Of a stretch of 64,000 nt of DNA, positions 43,884 through 54,707 are shown one piece after another. The translations under genes and the position numbers were made by a program. The notes below the pieces were generated by a model. It was not told the origin of the DNA and made no database searches. It saw only the letters and a list, made by a program, of their open reading frames with translations. This DNA is from a virus (lineage: Duplodnaviria > Heunggongvirae > Uroviricota > Caudoviricetes > Herelleviridae), in the IMG/VR virus record IMGVR_UViG_2974502414_000001; one strand, given 5' to 3'. Each line of letters begins with the position of its first letter. The first letter of the stretch is position 1.

Positions 43884-45077
43884 ATGAAAAAGAAACCACA
43901 AGGCAATGAGGTAATCATAACCATAATAACGGTTATGATAGCAGTATTTGTAGTCATTATGACCATATTTTTTAATAAATATCAAGATGCTAAAGAAGAT
44001 AAAGATAGATATCAAAGATTAGTAGAGATTTATAAAAAAGCAGATGATAATGATGGTGAGACTAAAAAGAAATATGTTAAAAGATTAAATAAGGCTGAAG
44101 AAGAACTTAAAAAAGTAAAAAAAGAAACAAATTATAAAGATTATAATAAGAAGTCAAGTAAAGAAAGACAAAAAGAAGATAAAGAAACTAGAGAGAAAAT
44201 ATATGATGTAACTGGTGATGATGACTTAATATTAGTAAAAAATAATATTGAGTTTAGTGATAAAGTAGACAAGCCCGAAATACTTATTAGTGAAGATGGA
44301 ATTGGTACGATAACTGTTCCTGTAGATAGTGGGTATGAAAAACAAACAGTAGGTTCTATTATTACTAGTGTATTAGGTTCTCCTTTCCTATCACCTGGTT
44401 CAAATAGTATAGATGGTTTAAGTGTTATTAACGATAATGTTTATCCAAATACAGTAGATAGCATAGTAGAAGATACAAAACCTTCTATTAACTTACCAAC
44501 GGATAATCCTATTATAACAAATCCAGTTGAACCAACTATACCTTCAGATATTATACCTCCTATTGATAATCCTTCAGTTCCGATATCTCCTGAGAACCCA
44601 GGAGATAATAATCAAGGAAATACAGATAATCCAAATCCTCCCCCTCCAGGGTACACAGATGAAGATGGTGGAAGAGGCTCCGGTGATGGAGGAAATTCTG
44701 AACCACCATCAACGGAAGAACCTTCGGATAATGGTAACACCGGAGGAGGAGATTGGGAAGAAAAACCTGACCCAGGAGAAGAACCTTCAGATAATGGTAA
44801 TACAGGAGGAAATGGTGGAGAAGTTACGCCTGAACCTGAACCTGAACCTGAACCTGAACCTGAACCTGAACCTGAACCTGAACCATCTGAACCGTCTGAC
44901 AATCCTGATGAAAATGGAGGATGGGAAACTGAACCAACTGAACCTGAGTCACCTTCAGAGCCGGACGATAAAGTGGACGAAGAAGATAAAAATGAAGATA
45001 CTACAGATGATAAACAGCCCACTGAACAACCGGACGATAACAACATAGATAATGAAGATAAAACTGAAGAGGAGTAA
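43884..45077 (+). CDS. membrane-anchored Pro/Glu/Asp-rich protein with (PE)n repeat (397 aa)
   Basis: ORF track; N-terminal TM; low-complexity acidic C-terminal half. Confidence 0.6.
   Translation: MKKKPQGNEVIITIITVMIAVFVVIMTIFFNKYQDAKEDKDRYQRLVEIYKKADDNDGETKKKYVKRLNKAEEELKKVKKETNYKDYNKKSSKERQKEDKETREKIYDVTGDDDLILVKNNIEFSDKVDKPEILISEDGIGTITVPVDSGYEKQTVGSIITSVLGSPFLSPGSNSIDGLSVINDNVYPNTVDSIVEDTKPSINLPTDNPIITNPVEPTIPSDIIPPIDNPSVPISPENPGDNNQGNTDNPNPPPPGYTDEDGGRGSGDGGNSEPPSTEEPSDNGNTGGGDWEEKPDPGEEPSDNGNTGGNGGEVTPEPEPEPEPEPEPEPEPEPSEPSDNPDENGGWETEPTEPESPSEPDDKVDEEDKNEDTTDDKQPTEQPDDNNIDNEDKTEEE
44829..44882 (+). repeat. (CCTGAA)x9 perfect hexanucleotide microsatellite encoding (PE)9
   Basis: read directly. 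Confidence 0.9.
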
Positions 45078-45092
45078 TTACTCCTCTTTTTT
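45068..45092 (+). terminator. intrinsic terminator AGAGGAGT-aatt-ACTCCTCT plus T6
   Basis: read directly. Confidence 0.8.
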
Positions 45093-45128
45093 GTTTGCTA
45101 TATTAAATAAGAGCTAAATATAAAAAAA

Positions 45129-45503
45129 TTGAACATTACGGTGGTGAAAACTATGTTAGGAATGAATATTATAACGTCACTATCAGTAGTATTTACTTGT
45201 TTAAGTCTTTTAACTTTAATGATTTTTGTTCATAGTAAGTTCTCTAGTAAAAACGTTTTTGTTTTGTATGTAATTTATGCTATAATAGGAATAGGTACAT
45301 ACATAGTTTTAACTATGTTTCAAACAACATCTGTACTTATTAAGAATGATGTAATAGATTCCATAGAAAATACTGAACATTATATTGGATTCAATGACCC
45401 TATAATTATATTTACTATAAGTTTTATAGGTGCAATACTTGGAGGAATTTGGTACAAGATGATGAAAATTATTAAAAAGAGTAACTTTAAAGATAAAAAA
45501 TAA
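45129..45503 (+). CDS. membrane protein (124 aa)
   Basis: ORF track; 3-4 TM. Confidence 0.5.
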   Translation: MNITVVKTMLGMNIITSLSVVFTCLSLLTLMIFVHSKFSSKNVFVLYVIYAIIGIGTYIVLTMFQTTSVLIKNDVIDSIENTEHYIGFNDPIIIFTISFIGAILGGIWYKMMKIIKKSNFKDKK

Positions 45504-45511
45504 AAAAGACG

Positions 45512-45892
45512 GTGAATAGGTTGATATTCTCTAAAGATAAAAAATGGGATGAAGCAAAAGATTTCATCAAAGGTCAAGGTATGCAAGATAATTGGATAGA
45601 GATTGTAGATTATTATAGACAGATAGGTGGAAAACACGTAGCTGTTTTTATTGCTTTAAACAAAGTAAAATACATGATTCTAGAAGCAACAAAAGACAAT
45701 AAGGTAATATTAGTAGATAAAGATAATAATATACTATTAGAAGATTATGATATTGTTATGGAAAGTAAGAAGATGTTTTATTACATTGAAGAACCGTTCG
45801 AGGTTAAAATAAATATCCCTCAACATATTAGAGATGTAACTTATAATAATACTGTTGTATTAACTACAGTAAGAGGGAGTAGAGGTGACTAG
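45512..45892 (+). CDS. hypothetical protein (126 aa)
   Basis: ORF track. Confidence 0.5.
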   Translation: MNRLIFSKDKKWDEAKDFIKGQGMQDNWIEIVDYYRQIGGKHVAVFIALNKVKYMILEATKDNKVILVDKDNNILLEDYDIVMESKKMFYYIEEPFEVKINIPQHIRDVTYNNTVVLTTVRGSRGD

Positions 45893-45895
45893 TAA

Positions 45896-47587
45896 TTGGC
45901 AGATTTATTTAAGCAATTCAGATTAGGTAAAGACTATGGTAATAATAGTACCATTGCTCAAGTTCCTATTGATGAAGGATTACAAGCTAACATTAAAAAA
46001 ATAGAACAAGACAATAAAGAGTATCAAGATTTAACTAAGTCTTTATACGGACAGCAACAGGCTTATGCAGAGCCATTTATAGAAATGATGGATACGAATC
46101 CTGAATTTAGAGATAAGAGAAGTTACATGAAGAACGAACATAACTTACATGATGTTTTGAAAAAGTTTGGTAATAACCCTATCCTTAATGCTATCATACT
46201 TACACGTTCAAATCAAGTAGCTATGTATTGTCAACCTGCAAGATATTCAGAGAAAGGTTTAGGTTTTGAGGTAAGATTAAGAGACCTAGATGCGGAACCC
46301 GGTAGAAAAGAAAAAGAAGAAATGAAACGTATAGAAGATTTTATTGTTAATACAGGTAAAGATAAAGATGTAGATAGAGATTCATTTCAAACTTTCTGTA
46401 AGAAAATTGTTAGAGATACTTACATCTATGACCAAGTTAACTTTGAAAAAGTATTTAATAAGAATAATAAAACTAAATTAGAAAAATTCATAGCAGTAGA
46501 CCCTTCTACTATTTTTTATGCAACAGATAAAAAAGGTAAAATTATTAAGGGTGGTAAGAGATTTGTTCAAGTAGTAGATAAAAGAGTAGTAGCTAGTTTT
46601 ACTTCTAGAGAGTTAGCTATGGGTATAAGAAACCCTAGAACTGAATTATCTTCTTCAGGATATGGATTATCAGAAGTAGAGATAGCTATGAAAGAGTTTA
46701 TTGCCTACAATAACACTGAATCATTTAATGATAGATTCTTCTCCCACGGTGGTACTACTAGAGGTATTTTACAGATACGTTCAGACCAACAACAATCACA
46801 ACATGCATTAGAGAACTTTAAGCGTGAATGGAAATCTAGTTTATCAGGTATCAACGGTTCATGGCAAATACCAGTGGTAATGGCAGATGATATTAAATTT
46901 GTCAATATGACACCAACTGCTAATGATATGCAATTTGAGAAATGGTTAAATTACCTTATCAATATTATATCTGCTTTATATGGTATTGACCCTGCAGAAA
47001 TTGGTTTCCCTAATAGAGGAGGAGCTACAGGTTCTAAAGGTGGTTCTACTTTAAATGAGGCTGACCCGGGTAAAAAACAACAACAATCTCAAAATAAAGG
47101 TTTACAACCTTTACTTAGATTTATTGAAGACTTAGTTAATAGACATATTATATCAGAATATGGAGATAAGTATACATTCCAATTCGTAGGTGGAGATACT
47201 AAGAGTGCTACTGATAAACTTAATATTCTTAAACTAGAGACTCAAATATTTAAAACAGTTAATGAGGCTAGAGAAGAGCAAGGTAAGAAACCTATTGAAG
47301 GTGGAGACATTATTCTAGATGCTTCATTCTTACAAGGAACAGCCCAATTACAACAAGATAAACAATATAATGATGGTAAACAAAAAGAACGTTTACAAAT
47401 GATGATGAGTTTACTAGAAGGAGACAATGATGATTCTGAAGAAGGGCAATCAACAGATTCTAGTAATGATGATAAAGAGATAGGAACAGATGCACAAATA
47501 AAAGGTGACGATAATGTTTATCGTACTCAAACATCTAATAAAGGTCAAGGAAGAAAAGGAGAAAAATCTTCTGACTTTAAACATTAA
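45896..47587 (+). CDS. portal protein
   Basis: 563 aa; recognised Kayvirus portal; position after terL. Confidence 0.85.
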   Translation: MADLFKQFRLGKDYGNNSTIAQVPIDEGLQANIKKIEQDNKEYQDLTKSLYGQQQAYAEPFIEMMDTNPEFRDKRSYMKNEHNLHDVLKKFGNNPILNAIILTRSNQVAMYCQPARYSEKGLGFEVRLRDLDAEPGRKEKEEMKRIEDFIVNTGKDKDVDRDSFQTFCKKIVRDTYIYDQVNFEKVFNKNNKTKLEKFIAVDPSTIFYATDKKGKIIKGGKRFVQVVDKRVVASFTSRELAMGIRNPRTELSSSGYGLSEVEIAMKEFIAYNNTESFNDRFFSHGGTTRGILQIRSDQQQSQHALENFKREWKSSLSGINGSWQIPVVMADDIKFVNMTPTANDMQFEKWLNYLINIISALYGIDPAEIGFPNRGGATGSKGGSTLNEADPGKKQQQSQNKGLQPLLRFIEDLVNRHIISEYGDKYTFQFVGGDTKSATDKLNILKLETQIFKTVNEAREEQGKKPIEGGDIILDASFLQGTAQLQQDKQYNDGKQKERLQMMMSLLEGDNDDSEEGQSTDSSNDDKEIGTDAQIKGDDNVYRTQTSNKGQGRKGEKSSDFKH

Positions 47588-47592
47588 TTAAT

Positions 47593-47628
47593 AAGCCTAG
47601 AATAAATCTAGGCTTTGTTTATTTTTTT
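47593..47628 (+). terminator. intrinsic terminator AAGCCTAG-aataaat-CTAGGCTT plus T-run
   Basis: read directly. Confidence 0.8.
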
Positions 47629-47780
47629 CGTAATTTAATTTTGATAAATGTAATAACTATGATATACTATATGTAATTGATATTAATACATAAAAAATAT
47701 TAATATTTCACTTACAAGTTATTATTGTTATATTATTAACGTAAAAGTAAATAAAATAACAAGTGGAGGTGTAGACACCT

Positions 47781-48554
47781 TTGGAAGAAATAAAATTTAA
47801 TGCTTTTGTACCTATGGATTTGAAGAAATCTGTATCAACAGCTTCTGATACTAATGAGTATTCTATCGTTTCAGGATGGGCTAGTACTCCAAGTATGGAT
47901 TTACAGAATGATATAGTTAATCCTAAAGGAATAGATATAGAGTATTTTAAGTCACAAGGGTACATTAATTATGAGCATCAAAGTGATAAAGTTGTAGGTA
48001 TACCTACAGAGAATTGCTATGTGGATATAGAAAAAGGTTTATTTATTGAAGCAAAGCTATGGAAGAATGACGAAAATGTTGTTAAGATGCTTGATTTAGC
48101 TGAGAAATTAGAAAAATCAGGTAGTGGAAGACGTTTAGGTTTTTCTATTGAAGGTGCAGTTAAAAAACGTAATATAAATGACAATCGAGTTATTGATGAA
48201 GTTATGATAACCGGAGTTGCATTAGTTAAAAACCCTGCTAATCCTGAAGCAACATGGGAAAGCTTTATGAAATCATTTTTAACTGGTCATGGTACATCAC
48301 CTGACACTCAAGTTGATGCAGGAGCTTTAAGAAAAGAAGAAATAGCATCTAGCATTACAAATTTAGCTTACGTCACTAAGATTAAAGATTTAAAAGAGTT
48401 TAATGATGTATGGAATGGCGTTGTTGAAGATTTGAGTAAATCTAATAGTATGGGATATGAGGAATCAGTCCTTACGTTACAACTAGCTAAAGGTTTATCT
48501 CGTAAAGATGCAGAACTAGCAGTAATGGATATAAACAAACAAAAACTAGAATAG
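47781..48554 (+). CDS. prohead protease
   Basis: 257 aa; TTG start after GGAGGTG; position between portal and capsid. Confidence 0.75.
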   Translation: MEEIKFNAFVPMDLKKSVSTASDTNEYSIVSGWASTPSMDLQNDIVNPKGIDIEYFKSQGYINYEHQSDKVVGIPTENCYVDIEKGLFIEAKLWKNDENVVKMLDLAEKLEKSGSGRRLGFSIEGAVKKRNINDNRVIDEVMITGVALVKNPANPEATWESFMKSFLTGHGTSPDTQVDAGALRKEEIASSITNLAYVTKIKDLKEFNDVWNGVVEDLSKSNSMGYEESVLTLQLAKGLSRKDAELAVMDINKQKLE

Positions 48555-48572
48555 GTAAGGAGAATACATTCT

Positions 48573-49523
48573 ATGAGTAAAGAAATGCAAAATATTTTAG
48601 AAGAGTATGATAAGTTAAATGCTCAAGAGGCAGTTTCGAAATCTGTAGAAGATGATGAAAAGAATACAGTAGAATCTACCGAAGAGCAAGTAGCAGAAAC
48701 AACTGAAGAACCTGCTAAAGAACCTGAAAAAGTATCTGAGGAAGATGCTAAAGAAGCACAAGAGCAAGGTGAAAAAGTTGAATCTGAAGAGGTAGCAGAA
48801 GGCAATGAAGATGAGGAAGTTGAAAAATCAGCTAAAGAATCAAAAGACCCTGTAGACCAAAAAGATACTAAGACAGAAAATAAAGACAACGAGAAACGTA
48901 AAAATAAAAAAGATAAAAAAGAAGATTCTGACGATGAAGATAAAGATACTGACGATGATAAAGATAAGAAAGAAGATAAGAAGGAAAAAACTTCTAAATC
49001 AATTTCTGATGAAGATATCACAACAGTATTTAAATCTATCTTAACATCTTTTGAAAACTTAAATAAAGAGAAAGAAAACTTTGCTACTAAAGAAGATTTA
49101 AGTGAAGTTAGTAAATCTATTAATGAGTTATCAGCAAAAATTTCTGAAATCCAAGCTGAAGATGTTTCTAAATCAGTAGACACTGATGAAGAAGCTGTAG
49201 AAAAATCAGTAACATCTACAAACGGAGAGCAAGAAAAAGTAGAAGGTTACGTTTCTAAATCAGTAGACACTGAAGAACAAGCTGAAACTGGTGAAGCAAA
49301 ATCAGAAGAAGCTGAAGAAGTACAAGAAGATAACACATTTAAAGGATTAAGTCAAGAAGAACGAACTAAGTTCATGGATTCTTACAAAGCACAAGCTAAA
49401 GACCCTAGAGCTTCTAAACATGACTTACAATCAGCTTACCAATCTTACTTGAACATTAACACTGACCCTACTAATGCATCAGAGAAAGATATTAAAACTG
49501 TAAAAGACTTTGCACAAATTTAA
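48573..49523 (+). CDS. acidic Glu/Lys/Asp-rich protein (316 aa), candidate scaffolding protein; internal repeat VSKSVDT(D/E)EEA
   Basis: ORF track; composition and position before major capsid gene. Confidence 0.55.
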   Translation: MSKEMQNILEEYDKLNAQEAVSKSVEDDEKNTVESTEEQVAETTEEPAKEPEKVSEEDAKEAQEQGEKVESEEVAEGNEDEEVEKSAKESKDPVDQKDTKTENKDNEKRKNKKDKKEDSDDEDKDTDDDKDKKEDKKEKTSKSISDEDITTVFKSILTSFENLNKEKENFATKEDLSEVSKSINELSAKISEIQAEDVSKSVDTDEEAVEKSVTSTNGEQEKVEGYVSKSVDTEEQAETGEAKSEEAEEVQEDNTFKGLSQEERTKFMDSYKAQAKDPRASKHDLQSAYQSYLNINTDPTNASEKDIKTVKDFAQI

Positions 49524-49638
49524 TTAATGCACAAAGTTGTGTTATATTATACGGTGTAACTAAAGAATATAAATAGGGTACATTTTACTGTACCCTACAT
49601 AAAATAAAAAGAACACAAATGAAAGGTGATAAATTTAT

Positions 49639-51030
49639 ATGACTATCGAAAAGAACCTGTCAGACGTTCAACAAAAGTACGCTGACCAATTCCAAGAAGA
49701 CGTAGTAAAGTCATTCCAAACTGGTTATGGAATCACTCCTGATACACAAATTGACGCAGGAGCTTTACGTAGAGAAATTTTAGATGACCAAATCACAATG
49801 TTAACATGGACTAATGAAGACTTAATCTTCTATCGTGATATCTCACGCCGTCCTGCTCAATCTACAGTAGTAAAATACGACCAATATTTACGTCATGGTA
49901 ACGTAGGTCACTCTCGTTTCGTTAAAGAAATCGGAGTAGCACCAGTATCTGACCCAAATATCCGTCAAAAAACTGTATCAATGAAATACGTTTCTGATAC
50001 TAAAAATATGTCAATTGCATCAGGTTTAGTAAATAACATTGCTGACCCATCACAAATCCTTACAGAAGATGCTATCGCAGTTGTTGCAAAAACAATTGAG
50101 TGGGCTTCATTCTACGGTGACGCTTCATTAACTTCTGAAGTTGAAGGTGAAGGTCTAGAGTTTGATGGTTTAGCTAAATTAATTGACAAAAATAACGTAA
50201 TTAACGCTAAAGGTAATCAATTAACTGAGAAACACTTAAATGAGGCGGCGGTACGTATCGGTAAAGGTTTCGGTACAGCTACAGATGCTTACATGCCTAT
50301 CGGTGTACACGCAGACTTCGTTAACTCAATCTTAGGTCGTCAAATGCAATTAATGCAAGACAACAGCGGTAACGTTAACACTGGTTACAGCGTAAATGGT
50401 TTCTACTCATCTCGTGGATTCATTAAATTACATGGTTCTACAGTAATGGAAAATGAACTAATCTTAGATGAATCATTACAACCATTACCAAATGCTCCAC
50501 AACCTGCTAAAGTTACAGCTACTGTTGAAACTAAGCAAAAAGGTGCTTTTGAAAATGAAGAAGACCGTGCAGGATTATCATATAAAGTAGTAGTTAACTC
50601 AGATGACGCTCAATCAGCTCCTTCTGAAGAAGTAACAGCTACAGTATCTAACGTAGACGATGGTGTTAAACTTTCAATTAATGTTAACGCTATGTACCAA
50701 CAACAACCACAATTCGTTTCTATCTACCGTCAAGGTAAAGAAACAGGTATGTACTTCCTAATCAAACGTGTACCAGTTAAAGATGCACAAGAAGACGGAA
50801 CAATCGTATTCGTAGATAAGAACGAAACATTGCCTGAAACAGCAGACGTATTTGTTGGTGAAATGTCACCACAAGTAGTTCACTTATTCGAATTACTTCC
50901 AATGATGAAATTACCATTAGCTCAAATTAATGCTTCTATTACATTTGCAGTATTATGGTATGGTGCATTAGCATTACGTGCTCCTAAAAAATGGGCTCGT
51001 ATTAAAAACGTTCGTTATATCGCAGTTTAA
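49639..51030 (+). CDS. major capsid protein
   Basis: 463 aa; recognised Kayvirus major capsid protein. Confidence 0.9.
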   Translation: MTIEKNLSDVQQKYADQFQEDVVKSFQTGYGITPDTQIDAGALRREILDDQITMLTWTNEDLIFYRDISRRPAQSTVVKYDQYLRHGNVGHSRFVKEIGVAPVSDPNIRQKTVSMKYVSDTKNMSIASGLVNNIADPSQILTEDAIAVVAKTIEWASFYGDASLTSEVEGEGLEFDGLAKLIDKNNVINAKGNQLTEKHLNEAAVRIGKGFGTATDAYMPIGVHADFVNSILGRQMQLMQDNSGNVNTGYSVNGFYSSRGFIKLHGSTVMENELILDESLQPLPNAPQPAKVTATVETKQKGAFENEEDRAGLSYKVVVNSDDAQSAPSEEVTATVSNVDDGVKLSINVNAMYQQQPQFVSIYRQGKETGMYFLIKRVPVKDAQEDGTIVFVDKNETLPETADVFVGEMSPQVVHLFELLPMMKLPLAQINASITFAVLWYGALALRAPKKWARIKNVRYIAV

Positions 51031-51060
51031 TAGAATAAGAAAAACTGAATACAAGAGAAT

Positions 51061-51092
51061 AGGGATAAACTTAGGGTTTATCCCTTTTTTAT
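51061..51092 (+). terminator. strong intrinsic terminator AGGGATAAAC-ttagg-GTTTATCCCT plus T6
   Basis: read directly. Confidence 0.85.
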
Positions 51093-51121
51093 TAAAATAA
51101 ACTTGAAGGGATTTAATAAAT

Positions 51122-51418
51122 ATGTTATACTATAAGAAACTATTAGATAAAAAAATGGCTACTGTTTATGGTACAGTGGAGATTGACAAAGATGGAGTAG
51201 TCAAAGGATTAACTAAAGAACAAGAAAAAGAATTTGCCAATGTTCCAGGTTTTGAATTTGAAGAAGAAAAGAAAACTACTAGAAAACAATCAGCTTCTAC
51301 TAGTAAAGAAGAAGAGCCTAAGGAAGAGGAAAAGAAAGCCTCTACTAGAAAAACTACAAATACTACTAGAAAATCTACAGCACGTAAAACAACAGCCAAA
51401 AAAGATGAAAATAAGTAA
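51122..51418 (+). CDS. basic Lys/Thr-rich small protein (98 aa)
   Basis: ORF track. Confidence 0.5.
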   Translation: MLYYKKLLDKKMATVYGTVEIDKDGVVKGLTKEQEKEFANVPGFEFEEEKKTTRKQSASTSKEEEPKEEEKKASTRKTTNTTRKSTARKTTAKKDENK

Positions 51419-51430
51419 AGGGTGAATTAA

Positions 51431-52339
51431 ATGGTTAACTCAATGTTTGGAGGGGACTTAGACCCTTATGAAAAATCATTAAACTATGAATATCCTTATC
51501 ATCCTAGTGGTAATCCTAAACACATAGATGTAAGTGAGATAGATAATTTAACATTAGCTGATTATGGATGGTCACCGGATGCAGTTAAAGCATATATGTT
51601 CGGTATTGTAGTTCAAAATCCTGATACAGGACAGCCTATGGGTGACGAGTTCTATAACCATATATTGGAAAGAGCGGTAGGTAAAGCTGAAAGAGCATTA
51701 GATATATCTATACTACCTGACACTCAACATGAGATGAGAGATTATCATGAGACAGAGTTTAATAGTTACATGTTTGTACATGCTTACAGAAAACCTATAT
51801 TACAGGTAGAGAACTTACAGCTACAGTTTAATGGTAGACCTATATATAAATACCCTGCTAACTGGTGGAAAGTAGAGCATCTAGCAGGACATGTTCAATT
51901 ATTCCCTACAGCACTTATGCAAACAGGACAATCAATGTCATACGATGCAGTATTCAATGGATACCCTCAATTAGCAGGTGTATACCCACCATCAGGAGCA
52001 ACATTTGCACCTCAAATGATACGATTAGAATATGTATCAGGTATGCTTCCACGTAAAAAAGCAGGAAGAAATAAACCTTGGGAAATGCCTCCTGAGTTAG
52101 AACAGTTAGTTATAAAATATGCATTGAAAGAAATATACCAAGTATGGGGTAACTTAATTATTGGTGCCGGTATTGCTAATAAAACATTAGAAGTAGACGG
52201 TATTACAGAGACAATAGGTACTACTCAATCAGCTATGTATGGTGGAGCTAGTGCTCAGATACTTCAAATAAATGAAGATATAAAAGAACTATTAGATGGT
52301 TTAAGAGCTTACTTTGGATATAATATGATAGGATTATAA
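51431..52339 (+). CDS. virion morphogenesis protein (302 aa), head-tail connector region
   Basis: ORF track; synteny. Confidence 0.55.
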   Translation: MVNSMFGGDLDPYEKSLNYEYPYHPSGNPKHIDVSEIDNLTLADYGWSPDAVKAYMFGIVVQNPDTGQPMGDEFYNHILERAVGKAERALDISILPDTQHEMRDYHETEFNSYMFVHAYRKPILQVENLQLQFNGRPIYKYPANWWKVEHLAGHVQLFPTALMQTGQSMSYDAVFNGYPQLAGVYPPSGATFAPQMIRLEYVSGMLPRKKAGRNKPWEMPPELEQLVIKYALKEIYQVWGNLIIGAGIANKTLEVDGITETIGTTQSAMYGGASAQILQINEDIKELLDGLRAYFGYNMIGL

Positions 52340-52352
52340 GGAGGGTTAGAAA

Positions 52353-53231
52353 ATGGAAAAACCGTATATGATAGGAGCCAACTCTAACCCTAATGTTATT
52401 AATAAGTCAACAACATATACTACTACAACACAAGCAGATGAACAAGATAAACCTAAGTATACTACTAGACTAGAGTTTGATACGATTGACATGATTAGGT
52501 TTATTAATGACCGAGGTATAAAAGTATTATGGGAAGAAGCATATTTCTGTCCTTGTCTTAATCCTGATACAGGACATCCTAGAGTCGATTGTCCTAGATG
52601 TCATGGTAAAGGGATTGCATATCTACCTCCTAAAGAGACGATAATGGCAATACAGTCTCAAGAGAAAGGAACTAACCAGTTAGATATAGGTATATTAGAC
52701 ACAGGTACTGCAATAGGTACCACTCAATTAGAAAAGAGGATTTCCTATAGAGACAGGTTTACTGTTCCTGAGGTATTGATGCCTCAACAAATGATTTATT
52801 TTGTGAATAAAGATAGAATTAAAAAAGGTATACCTCTATACTACGATGTAAAAGAAATAACTTATATAGCCACTCAAGACGGTACAGTCTATGAAGAAGA
52901 TTATGAAATTAAGAATAATAGATTATATTTAAATGAAAAATATGAGAATCATACAGTAACTTTAAAGATACTTATGACTTTAAGATATGTAGTATCAGAT
53001 ATACTAAAAGAAAGTCGTTATCAATATACTAAGTTTAATCAACCTAAATCAAAATTTGAAAACTTACCTCAAAAATTACTTCTTAAAAGGGAAGATGTCA
53101 TTGTACTACAAGACCCTTATAAAGTTAATGATGGTATAGAAGAAGACCTAGAAATTCAAGTAGATGACCCTAAGGCTTCGGCATCTAATCCTAGTAATTT
53201 AGGTGGATTCTTCGGAGGTGCATTTAAATAA
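52353..53231 (+). CDS. structural protein (292 aa) with C4 zinc motif CPCLN...CPRCHGKG
   Basis: ORF track. Confidence 0.55.
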   Translation: MEKPYMIGANSNPNVINKSTTYTTTTQADEQDKPKYTTRLEFDTIDMIRFINDRGIKVLWEEAYFCPCLNPDTGHPRVDCPRCHGKGIAYLPPKETIMAIQSQEKGTNQLDIGILDTGTAIGTTQLEKRISYRDRFTVPEVLMPQQMIYFVNKDRIKKGIPLYYDVKEITYIATQDGTVYEEDYEIKNNRLYLNEKYENHTVTLKILMTLRYVVSDILKESRYQYTKFNQPKSKFENLPQKLLLKREDVIVLQDPYKVNDGIEEDLEIQVDDPKASASNPSNLGGFFGGAFK

Positions 53232-53851
53232 TGCCAGTTCATGGAAAGAGACCTAATTTATTTAAAAATAAAAACTATAAGCAGGTAGGTAAGAGAACAA
53301 TTGATGGTATGCGTTCAGAAGTTCTTGATAAATTACAAGCAACAGCACAGCAAGTAGAGAATACTAGTATTAAACGTATGCCTACTTATCTACAAATAAC
53401 AGAGAAAAAGCTTGAAAAAGAAGGAGTAGTAGACCTTAAAAAAGCTTTTGCTCACTCATCTAAAAAGAAAACTAGTAAAGATGGCGGATGGTATTTAACT
53501 GTACCAATCCGCATCAAAACTAGTAGAATGAATAACAGTACTTATCAAGATATGAGAACTTTAAAAGTAGATAAAGGAACAGGTTCAGTTTCGAAGATAA
53601 CTGATTACCTAGAAGGACGTAGGAAGAATGTAAGCCACCCTTCAATGAAGCCTGAACCTATGACTCATAATATGACTAAAGTTAAAAGAGGAAAGCAATC
53701 TTCTTACTTTATATTTAGAACTGTTTCTAGTAAGTCACCTGCTAGTTCTTGGATACTTAACAGAGATAAAGTTAATGAAGATAACTTCTCTAAAACAACT
53801 CTAAAAACTGTTAAGCAATTAATGAACTGGAAGATGAAAAATTTAAATTAA
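53231..53851 (+). CDS. structural protein (206 aa)
   Basis: ORF track; ATG overlaps previous stop. Confidence 0.55.
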   Translation: MPVHGKRPNLFKNKNYKQVGKRTIDGMRSEVLDKLQATAQQVENTSIKRMPTYLQITEKKLEKEGVVDLKKAFAHSSKKKTSKDGGWYLTVPIRIKTSRMNNSTYQDMRTLKVDKGTGSVSKITDYLEGRRKNVSHPSMKPEPMTHNMTKVKRGKQSSYFIFRTVSSKSPASSWILNRDKVNEDNFSKTTLKTVKQLMNWKMKNLN

Positions 53852-53869
53852 GAGGAGGGTTAGTATTAA

Positions 53870-54706
53870 ATGGCAATAACATCAGTTGATTCATATTTAT
53901 TATCAGAAATAAAGCCTAGACTTAACACTGTGCTAGAGAATTGTTATATTATAGATGAAGTTTTAAAAGACTTTGATTATCAAACTAGAGAGAGCTTTAA
54001 AGAAGCTTTCTGTGGTAAGAATGCACAACATGAAGTAACGGTAGGATTTAACTTCCCAAAATTTAAAAATAACTATGAAGCTCATTACTTGATACAATTA
54101 GGTCAAGGACAAGAGACAAAAAACTCTTTAGGGAGTATTCAGTCATCTTACTTTGAGGCAACAGGAGATACTTTAGTCGAATCTTCTACAGCAATAAGAG
54201 AAGATGATAAGTTAGTTTTTACTGTTTCTAAACCAATAGGAGAGTTAATAAAGGTAGAAGATATAGAGTTTGCTAAATACGATAATCTTCAGGTTGAAGG
54301 TAATAAGGTATCATTTAAGTATCAAACAAATGAAGATTATGAGAACTACAATGCTAACATTATATTTACCGAAAAGAAAAATGATTCTAAAGGTTTAGTA
54401 AAAGGATTCACAGTTGAAGAACAAGTAACAGTTGTAGGTCTTTCATTTAATGTAGACGTTGCAAGATGTTTGGATGCTGTACTGAAAATGATTTTAATAT
54501 CTATGAGAGATAGTATAGAAGAGCAACAAACATTCCAATTACAGAATTTGTCTTTTGGTGATATTGCACCAATAATAGAAGATGGTGACTCAATGATTTT
54601 TGGTAGACCAACAATTATTAAGTACACAAGTTCTCTAGATTTGGATTATACTATTACACAAGATATTAATAAACTAACTTTTAAAGAAAGAAAGGATTGG
54701 AAGTAG
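53870..54706 (+). CDS. structural protein (278 aa)
   Basis: ORF track. Confidence 0.55.
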   Translation: MAITSVDSYLLSEIKPRLNTVLENCYIIDEVLKDFDYQTRESFKEAFCGKNAQHEVTVGFNFPKFKNNYEAHYLIQLGQGQETKNSLGSIQSSYFEATGDTLVESSTAIREDDKLVFTVSKPIGELIKVEDIEFAKYDNLQVEGNKVSFKYQTNEDYENYNANIIFTEKKNDSKGLVKGFTVEEQVTVVGLSFNVDVARCLDAVLKMILISMRDSIEEQQTFQLQNLSFGDIAPIIEDGDSMIFGRPTIIKYTSSLDLDYTITQDINKLTFKERKDWK

Positions 54707-54707
54707 G

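Noticed and set aside
44527-45048. ORF-track CDSs 44527..45048 (+) and 44612..45046 (-)
   Set aside because: Alternative-frame or antisense readings of the (CCTGAA)n low-complexity region inside gene 43884..45077; repeat artefacts (LNLNLN, GSGSGS).
48623-49183. ORF-track CDS antisense to the scaffold-like gene
   Set aside because: Ser/Phe-rich low-complexity antisense frame of an acidic repeat gene; spurious.
51166-51425. ORF-track CDSs 51166..51399 (-) and 51234..51425 (+)
   Set aside because: Alternative frames of the Lys/Glu-rich gene 51122..51418; the frame beginning at 51122 has the RBS and follows the capsid terminator.
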